Counted from the stretch's first letter, positions 32,596 to 43,747 are shown. The stretch is DNA of 64,000 nucleotides from Coriobacteriaceae bacterium (GCA_963617165.1 CAVEOF010000004.1:3264-67263); one strand, 5' to 3'. Numbers and translations: made by a program. Notes: generated by a model not told the origin, from the sequence alone.

Positions 32596-34995
32596 ATGAA
32601 ACGATCTCGCTTGCTCGTAGCTTTGCTATTTTCGCTTTTGACGCTCACGCTGTTTTTGTTTTGCGCGTGCGCGCCCTCCGATAACGGAGGCGGCGGGGAG
32701 GAGGAGAAGACCTACCGCGTGATGCTCACCGTTCCCGAGGGCGCGACCGTCCTCGGCAAGAACCCCGTCGAGGTGAAGGAGGGCGGCAGCGTCACCTTCC
32801 GCATCACCATCGGAAAGGAATATGTGTTCACGGGCGTGAGCGACGGCGACTACGACCCCGCGAACGGGACGCTGACCGTCTCGGACGTCAGGGAAAAGAA
32901 AAATATCACGCTCTCCCTTCTTCACGTCGGCTACGACACGACCGAATCCTACTACTATTTCTTTAGAGGGACCGAAAAGGATACGACGAGCGTCGACAGT
33001 GACCAGTCGCTCTTTGCGGGAACCGAGATCACCGTGCGCGCAGGGGACGAGAGCCGCCTGTTCGCGGGCTGGTCCTTCTCGAGGCTCGGCGCCGATTCCT
33101 CGGTCATCGTCTCGAAGGAGAGGGAATTCACCTTCCGCCTCTCCCCCGACCTCGCGGTCGGTAAGACGGTGACGCTCTACGCCAATTATACCGATACCAA
33201 CCGCCTCTACTATGACGCGAACGGGGGTACGGTCGACCGCTCGTCGACGAACATCACGGAGGGGATGCGGGAGGACACGCAGAGCAACCCGCTCTACTAT
33301 ACGGCGACCGTCTCGGGCTCCTCGGTGCTCGTCGTGTTGAAGCAGGAGTATCTCGACTATTGCGAGAGCGCTTCCGCCTTCTGGGACGACGGCACCTTCC
33401 GCCGCGAGGGCTATCTTCTGAAGGAATACAATACGAAGCCGGACGGCAGCGGGGAGGCGTACAGCCCGGGCTCCAAGGTGTATCACGTGACGGGGGACGG
33501 CTCCTATCTTACTCTCTATTGCATTTGGGAAAAATGCGCGGATGCCTCCCTCTTCACCGTCGAGAACACGACCTATGCCGCCCCCGTGGATTGGAGCAAC
33601 ATCCCCGAATGGTGTGAGCGCGGCGTGAAGATCACGGGCTATACGGGGTCGCTCGGCACGCTCGCCATCCCCGAGACCATCGGCGGAAAGAAGGTCATCG
33701 GCATCGGTGCGGGCGCCTTCGTGAACGCCTCCTTCGATACGCTCCTTCTCCCGCGCACGCTCGAATTCGTCGAGGACGGCGCCTTCGTCGGCTGCTCCTC
33801 CCTCACGACGCTCTATTTCCCCGACAGCATCTATTCGATCAAAAACGAGGCGTTCGATACCGCCACCTATCGGAATTTCCGTCACTTCATCGTCAACGCG
33901 ACGATGGCGCCCCGCCTTTCACAGACCGGATGGGGCGGTATGTCGATCAAACTCTCCCGCCTCCTCGCGAGCGGGGATATGAACCGCATCGTGATCGTCG
34001 CGGGCTCCTCCTCGTATCAGGGACTCGGCACCGCGTATCTCGAGCGTCTGCTCGATAACCGCTATCGCGTCGTCAATTTCGGCACTGCGAGAACGATGAA
34101 CGGCGCCTTCCTCCTCGAGGCGATCGCGCCATACGTCCACGCGGGCGATACCGTCCTCTTTGCTCCCGAGAACAGTACCTATATGATGGGTGAGAGGGAG
34201 CTGTACTGGAAGACCGTCTACCTGACCGAGGGTATGTATAACCTTTGGCGCAACGTCGATATCTCGAAGTATACGAACGTTTTCGACGCCTTCACCGATT
34301 ACAATCAGAATCATAACCGCTATCAAAATCCCCCGAAGACCTATGAATCGGTGGTAAAGCGCGAGTCCGCCGGGAGGGAGTCCATGGATCGGTACGGTGA
34401 CTGTCAGGATGCGAGACGCGCGTCCTATTGCGGAGAGAGCAGCCAGCAGTATTACGACACCTACTACGTCACCATGAACGAACGCTATAAGTCGAAGGAC
34501 GAAGGAGATTGGAAGGACGCCGGCAATCAGGAGGCAAACAAGGATTACAAAGACCCGAACAACAAGACGTGGGCATCGATCACCGACGCCTACTTCGTCG
34601 AGAGCATGAATCACGCCATCCGCAGCGTCAAGGAAAAGGGAGCGGGTGTGTACTTCTCCTTCTGTCCCGTCGACGCGGATAAGCTCGTCGACGAGGCGAG
34701 AGACATCACGCACTTCGCCGCCTACGACAAGATGATCGCCGACACCTACGAGTTTGACGGCGTTGTCGGCGCTTCGGTCGATTACGTGATGGCGCATAAA
34801 TATTTTTACGACAACGCCTTCCATCCGAACGACTACGGCAGGACCTACCGCACCTACACTCTCTATCGGGATCTTTGCGTGGTTCTCGGGATTTCCTCCT
34901 CCCACGGCATGAGAGACGTCGGTACGGACTTCGCCGGGTGCCTGTTTGAGTCGGGGGAGATGACCCCGCCCGATATTTTCCGAGGTGAATCATGA
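32596..34995 (+). CDS. Secreted multidomain protein: InlB B-repeat (Flg_new)-like modules, BspA-type LRR and a C-terminal DltD/SGNH-like domain
   Basis: 799 aa with an N-terminal signal peptide. B-repeat-like LYYDANGGTV...REGYLLKEYNTKPDGSGEAYSPGSKV. LRR_5-like IPETIGGKKVIGIGAGAFVNASFDTLLLPRTLEFVEDGAFVGCSSLTTLYFPDSIYSIKNEAFD. DltD-like IVIVAGSSSYQGLG...VLFAPE...FHPNDYG, paralogous to the product of 36858..38309. Confidence 0.7.
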   Translation: MKRSRLLVALLFSLLTLTLFLFCACAPSDNGGGGEEEKTYRVMLTVPEGATVLGKNPVEVKEGGSVTFRITIGKEYVFTGVSDGDYDPANGTLTVSDVREKKNITLSLLHVGYDTTESYYYFFRGTEKDTTSVDSDQSLFAGTEITVRAGDESRLFAGWSFSRLGADSSVIVSKEREFTFRLSPDLAVGKTVTLYANYTDTNRLYYDANGGTVDRSSTNITEGMREDTQSNPLYYTATVSGSSVLVVLKQEYLDYCESASAFWDDGTFRREGYLLKEYNTKPDGSGEAYSPGSKVYHVTGDGSYLTLYCIWEKCADASLFTVENTTYAAPVDWSNIPEWCERGVKITGYTGSLGTLAIPETIGGKKVIGIGAGAFVNASFDTLLLPRTLEFVEDGAFVGCSSLTTLYFPDSIYSIKNEAFDTATYRNFRHFIVNATMAPRLSQTGWGGMSIKLSRLLASGDMNRIVIVAGSSSYQGLGTAYLERLLDNRYRVVNFGTARTMNGAFLLEAIAPYVHAGDTVLFAPENSTYMMGERELYWKTVYLTEGMYNLWRNVDISKYTNVFDAFTDYNQNHNRYQNPPKTYESVVKRESAGRESMDRYGDCQDARRASYCGESSQQYYDTYYVTMNERYKSKDEGDWKDAGNQEANKDYKDPNNKTWASITDAYFVESMNHAIRSVKEKGAGVYFSFCPVDADKLVDEARDITHFAAYDKMIADTYEFDGVVGASVDYVMAHKYFYDNAFHPNDYGRTYRTYTLYRDLCVVLGISSSHGMRDVGTDFAGCLFESGEMTPPDIFRGES

Positions 34996-35381
34996 TCTTT
35001 TATACGGTTCCATACGTGCTCGCGGCATTTCTTCTGATGCTTGCTTTGCATATTGCCGCTCTGCTTTTCCACGACCCTGTCGGGAAAATTCTGTCTTATG
35101 TAAATATAGGTTTGCATATCCTCTTCGCGCTTCTGCTCCTTCTCGGAAAGGTGCCGCTCGAGGAGTCGGTGCTCCTCTATATGATCTCGGTCACGGTCTA
35201 TCTCTTCGGAGGTGCGCTATCCGCATGCATCGGCGCAAGCAAAGCGGGAAGTGAGCCCGACGCCGATGCCGCAGAGGAGAGCGGGGAAGCCCCCGATCGT
35301 TCCTCCGATGGGAAGGCGGCGTCCGTGATGTCCCCGACCCCCGCTCCCGACGGAAAGGAGGACACGGCACATGACCTTTAA
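34992..35381 (+). CDS. Small membrane protein (129 aa, 3 TM, acidic tail)
   Basis: ORF track. ATGA-type overlap with the upstream gene; its end overlaps the MBOAT start. Confidence 0.6.
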   Translation: MIFYTVPYVLAAFLLMLALHIAALLFHDPVGKILSYVNIGLHILFALLLLLGKVPLEESVLLYMISVTVYLFGGALSACIGASKAGSEPDADAAEESGEAPDRSSDGKAASVMSPTPAPDGKEDTAHDL

Positions 35382-36828
35382 TTCATGGGAATTTCTGATC
35401 TTCTATCCCGTCGTTCTTCTTCTGTGGTTCACCCTACCGAAGGTGTGCCGCCGCCCGATGCTCCTTGTTGCAAGCTATTTCTTCTATATATGTTATCAGG
35501 CGGAGCTCGTCTTTCTGATCTTCGCGACCACCCTCATTTCGTGGGGCGCGTCCTTCCTCATCGAGCGGAGTCAAAATCGGAAGATGCGCCGCGCCGCGCT
35601 TGCCGTGACGCTGATCGTCTGTCTCGGCGTGCTCTTCTTCTATAAGTATTTCAACTTCTTCACGGGCACGGTGTGCGGGCTGATCTCACTCTTCGGCGGG
35701 ACGGCGGAGCCGATCGTCCTCGACCTCATCCTGCCGGTCGGCATTTCCTTCTATACCTTCCAGACGCTCTCGTACGTGATCGACGTCTATCGCGGGGACA
35801 TCCGCACCGAGAAGAATTTCTTTTGGTACGCGCTCTACGTTTCCTTCTTCCCGCAGCTTGTCGCCGGACCGATCGAGCGTCCCGAAAATCTCCTTCCGCA
35901 GCTGAAGGAAGACCATGCGTGGACCCGTGACGACGCCCTGAAAGGGGCGAAGCATATGCTCCTCGGCTTTTTCAAGAAGGTTGTCGTGGCGGATACCGTC
36001 TCGGTTTATGTCGACGCCGTCTACAATCAGCCGTCGGGCGCGACGGGGCTCGGCGTCGTTCTCGCGACCCTTCTCTTCGCCGTGCAGATCTATTGCGATT
36101 TCTCGGGCTATACCGACATCGCCATCGGTTGCGCGCGCGTCATGGGCATCCGCCTGATGAAGAATTTTGACCACCCGTATACCGCCGCCTCGATCCGCGA
36201 ATTCTGGGCGAGATGGCACATCTCCCTTTCCACGTGGTTCAGAGATTATCTCTATATCCCCCTCGGGGGCAGTCGGTGCAAGAAGTGGCGTCATATGATG
36301 AACCTCTTCATCGTCTTCCTCGTTTCGGGACTCTGGCACGGCGCGAACCTGACCTATGTCGTCTGGGGCGCCGTTCACGGGCTCTATCAGGTGGCGGGAG
36401 CGCTCACGCGTCCCGCGCGTGACCGTCTGCTCACCCGCGTCGGACTTTCGGAGCGCTCGGCGGGTGTGCTCGCGGTACGCAGATGCATCACCTTCCTTCT
36501 CGTTTCCTTCGCGTGGATCTTCTTCCGCGCGGGGAGCATTGCCGACGCGGGCGTTCTGATCGCCGCGCTCTTCACGGGCTGGTCGGCGGCGCCCGCCGCC
36601 GTGCTCTCGGGCATGGGACTGACTCTCGTGCGGATCCTGACGGTCCTCCTTTCGATCCTTGTGCTCATTCTTCTCGACCGTCTTCTGACCCACGGTGACG
36701 AGGCGGACGGCTCCGCCCTGTACGTGAGGCGCGGGGGCTATGTGTATCTTGTGTGGATCATCGCCTTCGCATGGGCGCTTTTGCTCTCGAAAGGGATGGA
36801 GAGTACCTTCATCTACTTTCAGTTTTGA
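35371..36828 (+). CDS. MBOAT family O-acyltransferase (AlgI/DltB/PatA-like)
   Basis: 485 aa, multi-TM. Hallmarks: VGISFYTFQTLSYVIDVY, FPQLVAGPIERP, EFWARWHISLSTWFRDYLYIPLGGS and the conserved His in SGLWHGA. Confidence 0.9.
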   Translation: MTFNSWEFLIFYPVVLLLWFTLPKVCRRPMLLVASYFFYICYQAELVFLIFATTLISWGASFLIERSQNRKMRRAALAVTLIVCLGVLFFYKYFNFFTGTVCGLISLFGGTAEPIVLDLILPVGISFYTFQTLSYVIDVYRGDIRTEKNFFWYALYVSFFPQLVAGPIERPENLLPQLKEDHAWTRDDALKGAKHMLLGFFKKVVVADTVSVYVDAVYNQPSGATGLGVVLATLLFAVQIYCDFSGYTDIAIGCARVMGIRLMKNFDHPYTAASIREFWARWHISLSTWFRDYLYIPLGGSRCKKWRHMMNLFIVFLVSGLWHGANLTYVVWGAVHGLYQVAGALTRPARDRLLTRVGLSERSAGVLAVRRCITFLLVSFAWIFFRAGSIADAGVLIAALFTGWSAAPAAVLSGMGLTLVRILTVLLSILVLILLDRLLTHGDEADGSALYVRRGGYVYLVWIIAFAWALLLSKGMESTFIYFQF

Positions 36829-36857
36829 TCGAAAAGCCGATAGGAAAGGAAGAAAAG

Positions 36858-38309
36858 ATGAAAAAACGAATCGGAAAAACCGTCGGCTGTGTCCTCTTGG
36901 CTCTGCTTTTGCTCGCATCTCCCGCACTGATCGTGGCGGGCGTCGTGTTCTTTGTCCCTCCCCAGTACGGCGATACCTTCCTCGGTGAGCTGGATGAGAA
37001 GTACGACCGCCTCACGGGACTCGAGGGGGAGAAGCTCATCGTCGTCGGCGGCTCCTCGGTCGCCTTCGGCTATGACAGCGCGCTTCTCGAGGAATACACG
37101 GAACGCGAGGTCGTGAACTTCGGGCTTTACGCCGCCCTCGGCACCAAGCTGATGATGGACCTCTCCCGCGCCGGCATCGGACGCGGCGACGTCGTGCTCC
37201 TCGCGCCCGAGCTCGATCCCGAGACGCTCTCCCTCTACTTCAACGCGGAGAGCACGTGGCAGGCGGCGGAAGGGAATTTCTCGATGCTCCGCACCCTCCC
37301 GATGAACAACAAGATGTCCCTTCTCGGCTCGGCGTTCTCCTACGCGGAGGATAAGCTCGGCTACTTCCTCGGGAACAACGCCCCGAAGCCGAGCGGCGTC
37401 TATTCCGCCTCGAGCTTCAACAAATACGGCGACATCGACTATCCGCGGGAGCAAAACGAAATGCTCTCCTACTACGATAAGAATAAGCTCATCACCCTGT
37501 CGCCCGACATCTTCTCGAAAGATTTTGTAGATTATGTAAATGATTATGTGCAATTTTGCAAGAGCAAGGGCGCGACGGTCTATTTCACCTATTGCCCGAT
37601 GAATTCCTCGGCACTCTCCGATGAGACCTCGGAGGAGACGATCGCCGCGATGGAGGACTATCTCGAGCGATCGCTTGCCTGCACGATCCTCGGCAGGGCA
37701 GAGGACGCGATCTTCGAGGCGGGCTACTTCTATGACACGAACTTCCATCTCAACGACGCGGGCGTGATCGCACACACCGCGAGGGTCGTGCGCGACCTGC
37801 TCTTTGAGCTCGAGATCCCGACCTACGTCGCGATCGACGTTCCCCCCGCACCCGCCCTTCCGCACAAGGATACGCAGCTTGTCCTGAAGGACGAGAACGA
37901 GGTGTACTTCACCTTCCGCGCCGAGGAAGACGGGAGCTATACCGTTACGGGACTCTCCGATCTCGGTAAGACGATGCGGGAGCTGACCCTGCCCCGCGCG
38001 TATGAGAACCGCCGCGTTCTCGCCGTCGCGGAGGGCGCCTTCGCCGAAGGCTGCCTGACCTCCCTCCGTCTTCCCGCCCTCGAAGGAGATACCGTCCAAT
38101 TCCAATTTGAGAACGGCGCCTTCCGCGGCGCGGACGCCCTCACCGATCTTTGGCTCTTCGAGCCGGATGCGACGGCGGTCCTCCCGCCGAGCGACTTCGT
38201 CGGCGTAGCCACGGGCTTTTGCGTCCATATCCCCGCGGAGAGCTACTACGCCTCGGATTACAACTGGTCCTCCCTCGGTCTCACCTTCCGCTACGACGCG
38301 GAGAAGTAA
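36858..38309 (+). CDS. Membrane-anchored DltD-like (SGNH-like) protein with a C-terminal BspA-type LRR segment
   Basis: ORF 36753..38309. I prefer ATG 36858 (MKKRIGKTVGCVLLALLLLA) with AGGAAAGGAAG upstream. LIVVGGSSVAFGYD...VVLLAPE...FHLNDAG. C-terminal RVLAVAEGAFAEGCLTSLRLPALEGDTVQFQFENGAFRGADALTDLWLF. Confidence 0.75.
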   Translation: MKKRIGKTVGCVLLALLLLASPALIVAGVVFFVPPQYGDTFLGELDEKYDRLTGLEGEKLIVVGGSSVAFGYDSALLEEYTEREVVNFGLYAALGTKLMMDLSRAGIGRGDVVLLAPELDPETLSLYFNAESTWQAAEGNFSMLRTLPMNNKMSLLGSAFSYAEDKLGYFLGNNAPKPSGVYSASSFNKYGDIDYPREQNEMLSYYDKNKLITLSPDIFSKDFVDYVNDYVQFCKSKGATVYFTYCPMNSSALSDETSEETIAAMEDYLERSLACTILGRAEDAIFEAGYFYDTNFHLNDAGVIAHTARVVRDLLFELEIPTYVAIDVPPAPALPHKDTQLVLKDENEVYFTFRAEEDGSYTVTGLSDLGKTMRELTLPRAYENRRVLAVAEGAFAEGCLTSLRLPALEGDTVQFQFENGAFRGADALTDLWLFEPDATAVLPPSDFVGVATGFCVHIPAESYYASDYNWSSLGLTFRYDAEK

Positions 38310-38436
38310 CAAAGGAATGCCGGCAGAGCCGACCCTCTTGCAACAGCGTAGCGCTCCGCTCCGCATTCATAAGGGGTGAAAAATAAAGATGCTATAGGAT
38401 CGGCAATTTATCGTTGGGAGATCAAAGCATATTTTT

Positions 38437-38466
38437 CGATAATTTGCCGATATCGGCAAGTTATCG
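38437..38466. repeat. 30-bp near-perfect palindrome CGATAATTTGCCGAT|ATCGGCAAGTTATCG; a third half-site CGGCAATTTATCG lies at 38401-38413
   Basis: Read directly; one mismatch between the arms. No adjacent gene that it obviously controls. Confidence 0.8.
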
Positions 38467-38484
38467 AAAAAGCAAAAAACGAAA

Positions 38485-38540
38485 ACCGCAACAAAAGTAC
38501 CGTCCGAGAAACCCGGTACTTTTGTTGCGGTTATTTTTTA
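38485..38540 (+). terminator. Strong hairpin (ACCGCAACAAAAGTACCG / CGGTACTTTTGTTGCGGT) with a T-run, flanked by A-runs (possibly bidirectional)
   Basis: Read directly: about 17-bp stem, followed by tatttttta. Confidence 0.7.
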
Positions 38541-38700
38541 TCCCTTTTTCAAGGCACTTATTATTGCCGGGGATTGCTTTTCATTCTTTTGTCCGGCATT
38601 TGATAAGTGCCATTTTCTTTTCCTCCGAAAGTAACTATAAAAGTGCGGTAGATCGGATCGACACACAAAAAACGTAGCCCGGTATCGTCAATATAACCGC

Positions 38701-38741
38701 GAAAATAAAACAGTCTAAATCGAATCGATCGATTTAGACTG
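38701..38741 (-). terminator. Rho-independent terminator of the tRNA operon
   Basis: Perfect 13-bp stem CAGTCTAAATCGA/TCGATTTAGACTG (38711-38741) followed on the minus strand by TTTTATTTTC. Confidence 0.8.
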
Positions 38742-38746
38742 CGGTT

Positions 38747-38821
38747 TGGTGACTCGTGGCGGAATCGAACCGCCGTTACAGCCGTGAAAGGGCCGTGTCT
38801 TAACCTCTTGACCAACGAGCC
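38747..38821 (-). tRNA. tRNA-Glu (anticodon TTC)
   Basis: The minus strand reads GGCTCGTTGGTCAAGAGGTTAAGACACGGCCCTTTCACGGCTGTAACGGCGGTTCGATTCCGCCACGAGTCACCA. Cloverleaf folds by hand, anticodon loop is CTTTCAC, and CCA is encoded. Confidence 0.9.
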
Positions 38822-38824
38822 GAA

Positions 38825-38901
38825 TGGTAGCGGAAGTCGGATTTGAACCAACGACCTGCCGGGTATGAACCGGACGCTCTAGCCAACTGAGCTATTCCGC
38901 C
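38825..38901 (-). tRNA. tRNA-Met (anticodon CAT), elongator-like; a lysidine-modified tRNA-Ile2 cannot be excluded
   Basis: The minus strand reads GGCGGAATAGCTCAGTTGGCTAGAGCGTCCGGTTCATACCCGGCAGGTCGTTGGTTCAAATCCGACTTCCGCTACCA. It closely resembles Bacillus elongator tRNA-Met as I recall it. CCA is encoded. Confidence 0.85.
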
Positions 38902-38940
38902 ATAGCAAAAATCGAGGATAGCCTCAAACCTTGCTGAAAC

Positions 38941-38969
38941 ATTATATCACGACAGAGGGGAAAAGTCAA
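38941..38969 (-). promoter_or_regulatory. Consensus promoter TTGACT-17-TATAAT for the tRNA-Met/tRNA-Glu operon
   Basis: The minus strand reads TTGACTtttcccctctgtcgtgaTATAAT, about 40 nt upstream of the tRNA-Met 5' end. Confidence 0.75.
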
Positions 38970-39092
38970 GATGTTTTGCAAAGATTTTCGGATTTTTGGC
39001 GATTTTTCTTTTTTTGAAGAGGAGACGGACGAAATTTTGCAACTTCGGGAACAAAAAAATTCGTATTTTGCTCGAAAATCGCGTCAAACTCC

Positions 39093-39121
39093 TTGACAAA
39101 GACGGTTTTCGGGGGTATAAT
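39093..39121 (+). promoter_or_regulatory. Consensus promoter TTGACA-17-TATAAT for serC-serA
   Basis: ttgacaaagacggttttcgggggtataat, read directly. Confidence 0.75.
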
Positions 39122-39177
39122 ATTCATAATTTATATTTAGGAAAGGTTTCGCCGCATACGGCGAGATGGTGCTTCAT

Positions 39178-40278
39178 ATGGAAAGAGTGTATAATTTCTC
39201 CGCAGGCCCCTCCATGCTTCCGCTCGAAGTTCTGAAAACCGCAAGGGAAGAGCTCTTGTGCTACGGGGATTCGGGCATGTCCGTGATGGAGATGAGCCAC
39301 CGATCGCCCGAATTTGAGGAAATTCTGAAAGGCGCCGAGGATTCTCTGCGCACGCTGATGGGGATTCCCGCGAATTACCGCATCCTCTTTTTGCAGGGAG
39401 GCGCCTCGACCCAGTTTGCCTCCGTGCCGCTGAACCTTCTCTCCGAGCATAAGTGCGCCGACTACATCATCTCGGGACAATTCTCGAAGAAGGCGTACAT
39501 GGAGGCGAAAAAGTACGGCGACATCGCCATCGCGGCATCCTCCGCGGGTGCGACACCGACCTTTTCCACCGTCCCCGAGGTCAAACGCTCGGATTTTCGC
39601 CCCGATGCGGATTATGTCCATATTTGCTTCAATAATACCATCTACGGCACAAAATATCATTATATTCCCGATACGGGCAACATTCCGCTCGTCGCCGATA
39701 TGTCCTCCTGCATCCTCTCCGAGCCGATCGATGTCTCGAAATTCGGTTTGATTTACGCGGGCGCGCAGAAGAATGTCGCCCCCGCGGGTCTGACCATCGT
39801 CATCGTGCGGGACGATCTGATCGGCAATGCCCGCCCCGATACTCCCGCCATGCTCGACTATAAGCTTATGGCGGAGAACGACTCGATGTATAACACCCCG
39901 CCTTGCTTCTGCATCTATATGGCGAAGCTCGTTTTCGAATGGATCCTTTCCATCGGCGGACTCGATGAAATGAAGCGCCGCAATGAGAGAAAGGCAAGCC
40001 TTCTCTATGACTATCTCGACAGCCAGAGCTATTATACCGCTCCCGTGGATAAGAAATGCCGCTCGATGATGAACGTCGTCTTCGTGACGGGAGATGCCGA
40101 GCTCGATAAGAAATTTGCAAAGGAAGCCTCCGAGGCAGGGCTTCGGAACCTGAAAGGACATCGCTCGGTCGGCGGAATGCGTGCCTCCATCTACAACGCC
40201 ATGCCGTATGAGGGCGTGGAGAAGCTCGTCGCCTTCATGAAGCGCTTCGCACTCGAAAACCCGCGTTTCGACGCATGA
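39178..40278 (+). CDS. serC: Phosphoserine aminotransferase
   Basis: ORF 39166..40278. Likely start is ATG 39178 (MERVYNFSAGPSMLP). FLQGGASTQF and YAGAQKNVAPAGLTIVIVR (PLP Lys) motifs. Confidence 0.9.
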   Translation: MERVYNFSAGPSMLPLEVLKTAREELLCYGDSGMSVMEMSHRSPEFEEILKGAEDSLRTLMGIPANYRILFLQGGASTQFASVPLNLLSEHKCADYIISGQFSKKAYMEAKKYGDIAIAASSAGATPTFSTVPEVKRSDFRPDADYVHICFNNTIYGTKYHYIPDTGNIPLVADMSSCILSEPIDVSKFGLIYAGAQKNVAPAGLTIVIVRDDLIGNARPDTPAMLDYKLMAENDSMYNTPPCFCIYMAKLVFEWILSIGGLDEMKRRNERKASLLYDYLDSQSYYTAPVDKKCRSMMNVVFVTGDAELDKKFAKEASEAGLRNLKGHRSVGGMRASIYNAMPYEGVEKLVAFMKRFALENPRFDA

Positions 40279-40300
40279 CCGATACGGAAGGAGACTGACT

Positions 40301-41506
40301 ATGAAAAAGATCCTGACCCTGAACCCGATCGCCAAAGTCGGGCTTGACCTTCTCGACCCGCACGCCTACACCGTCGGCGATTCGGTCGCCGATCCGGATG
40401 CGATCCTCGTCCGCTCCGCGGGAATGCATGAGATGCAATTTCCCGAGAGCCTTCTCGCCGTCGCGCGCGCAGGCGCGGGCGTCAACAATATCCCCCTCGA
40501 TACGCTCGCGGAGAAGGGCGTCGTCGTCTTCAATACCCCGGGCGCCAACGCCAACGGCGTGAAGGAGCTGACCGTCGCCGCCCTCATCCTCGCATCCCGT
40601 GATATTGTCGGCGGTACCGAGTGGGCGGAAACGCAGAAAGACAATCCCGACGTCGTAAAAACGGTAGAAAAATGCAAAGCAAAGTTTGCAGGACATGAGA
40701 TCTACGGCAAAACGCTCGGCGTGATCGGACTCGGTGCCATCGGCGGACCGGTCGCAAACGCGGCACAAAAACTCGGTATGAAGGTCATCGGCTTCGACCC
40801 CCTTCTCACCGTAAAGGCGGCGTGGGGACTCTCCGAGACCGTGGCACGCGCCGAAAGCTATGAAGAAATTTACGCAAAATCGGACTACATCACCCTGCAC
40901 GTTCCCGCTACCGCCGACACCCGTGGCATGATCTGTCGGAACACCATCGCCAAGATGAAGGACGGCGTCAGGATCCTGAACCTTGCCCGCGCCGACCTCG
41001 TGGTCGCGGAGGACATCAAGGAGGCGCTCGCCTCGGGGAAGGTCGCGTCCTACGTCACCGATTTTCCGACGCCCGAGACTCTCGGCGTCCGCGGCATCCT
41101 GAACATCCCGCACCTCGGCGCTTCGACCGAGGAGAGCGAGGACAATTGCGCCGTGATGGCGGCGGAGGAGCTCAAGGAATTCCTTGAAACGGGAAATATC
41201 AAGAACTCCGTCAACTATCCGAAGGTCGCCCTCCCGTACTCGGGCGCGGCGCGCATCTGCCTCTGCCATAAGAACCTTGCGGGTATGCTCTCGGGCATCA
41301 CCGCCGCCGTCTCGGGCGCGGGCATCAACATCGAGAACCTCTCGAACGGCTCGCGCGGCGACTATGCCTATACGATTTTGGAGCTCCTCGGAGAGGTCCC
41401 GCCCGCCGTCACGAAAGCGCTCCGCGCGCTCGACGGCATGATCCGCGTGAGAGTGATCGACGCACCGAAGGATCTGCTTTCAGCCAACGCTTCCGCAGAA
41501 GCTTGA
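40301..41506 (+). CDS. serA: D-3-phosphoglycerate dehydrogenase with a C-terminal ACT domain
   Basis: 401 aa. NAD-binding GVIGLGAIG, 2-hydroxyacid dehydrogenase core and HLGASTEESE. Operon partner of serC. Confidence 0.85.
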   Translation: MKKILTLNPIAKVGLDLLDPHAYTVGDSVADPDAILVRSAGMHEMQFPESLLAVARAGAGVNNIPLDTLAEKGVVVFNTPGANANGVKELTVAALILASRDIVGGTEWAETQKDNPDVVKTVEKCKAKFAGHEIYGKTLGVIGLGAIGGPVANAAQKLGMKVIGFDPLLTVKAAWGLSETVARAESYEEIYAKSDYITLHVPATADTRGMICRNTIAKMKDGVRILNLARADLVVAEDIKEALASGKVASYVTDFPTPETLGVRGILNIPHLGASTEESEDNCAVMAAEELKEFLETGNIKNSVNYPKVALPYSGAARICLCHKNLAGMLSGITAAVSGAGINIENLSNGSRGDYAYTILELLGEVPPAVTKALRALDGMIRVRVIDAPKDLLSANASAEA

Positions 41507-41756
41507 TTGAAATTCGGAACGGGCGGTTGCCTTTGCGGAGAATCGGCAAAAACAAAATCAAGCCGGTTTCATGCCTTACCGATTGCCCCCGTATGGCAAG
41601 ATGTCGCCCGGCTCGTATGTTCTTTCTTCGCGGTTGCCGCAAACGGACGGTAAAGCTCCGATTGCGGCACCGCCATTTTTTTGCCGCGGTTGCAATTTTT
41701 TGCTTTTTAAAAGAAAAATAAAAAATAAAAAATAATAAAAAATTTTGCGAAAATGT

Positions 41757-41785
41757 TTGCAATTCGGGGAAAAATGTGCTATACT
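41757..41785 (+). promoter_or_regulatory. Promoter TTGCAA-17-TATACT (TGc extended -10) for typA, preceded by a 60-bp A/T tract
   Basis: ttgcaattcggggaaaaatgtgctatact. The upstream tract at 41700-41750 is almost pure A/T (UP-element-like). Confidence 0.6.
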
Positions 41786-41842
41786 ATCAAAGTTAGAAAA
41801 AAATACCTGTATTTTCAGGCGTGAAGAGGAATTCGGAGTTAT

Positions 41843-43687
<1,845 letters not shown>

Positions 43688-43696
43688 AATTTCCTC

Positions 43697-43725
43697 TTGA
43701 CAAAAGGAAGCTCGGCGCATATAAT
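43697..43725 (+). promoter_or_regulatory. Consensus promoter TTGACA-17-TATAAT driving the FMN riboswitch and ribU
   Basis: ttgacaaaaggaagctcggcgcatataat, read directly. Confidence 0.75.
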
Positions 43726-43747
43726 AGAAATGAAATACAAGTGACGG

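Noticed and set aside
39124-41269. Long minus-strand ORFs (403 and 344 aa) opposite serC and serA
   Set aside because: They are antisense shadows; serC and serA carry diagnostic motifs.
41507-41842. 72- and 117-aa ORFs, recurring GGTTGC motifs and an A/T tract between serA and typA
   Set aside because: The ORFs are low-complexity and overlap each other. The A/T tract sits directly upstream of a good typA promoter and is most simply an UP element. There are no DnaA boxes nearby.
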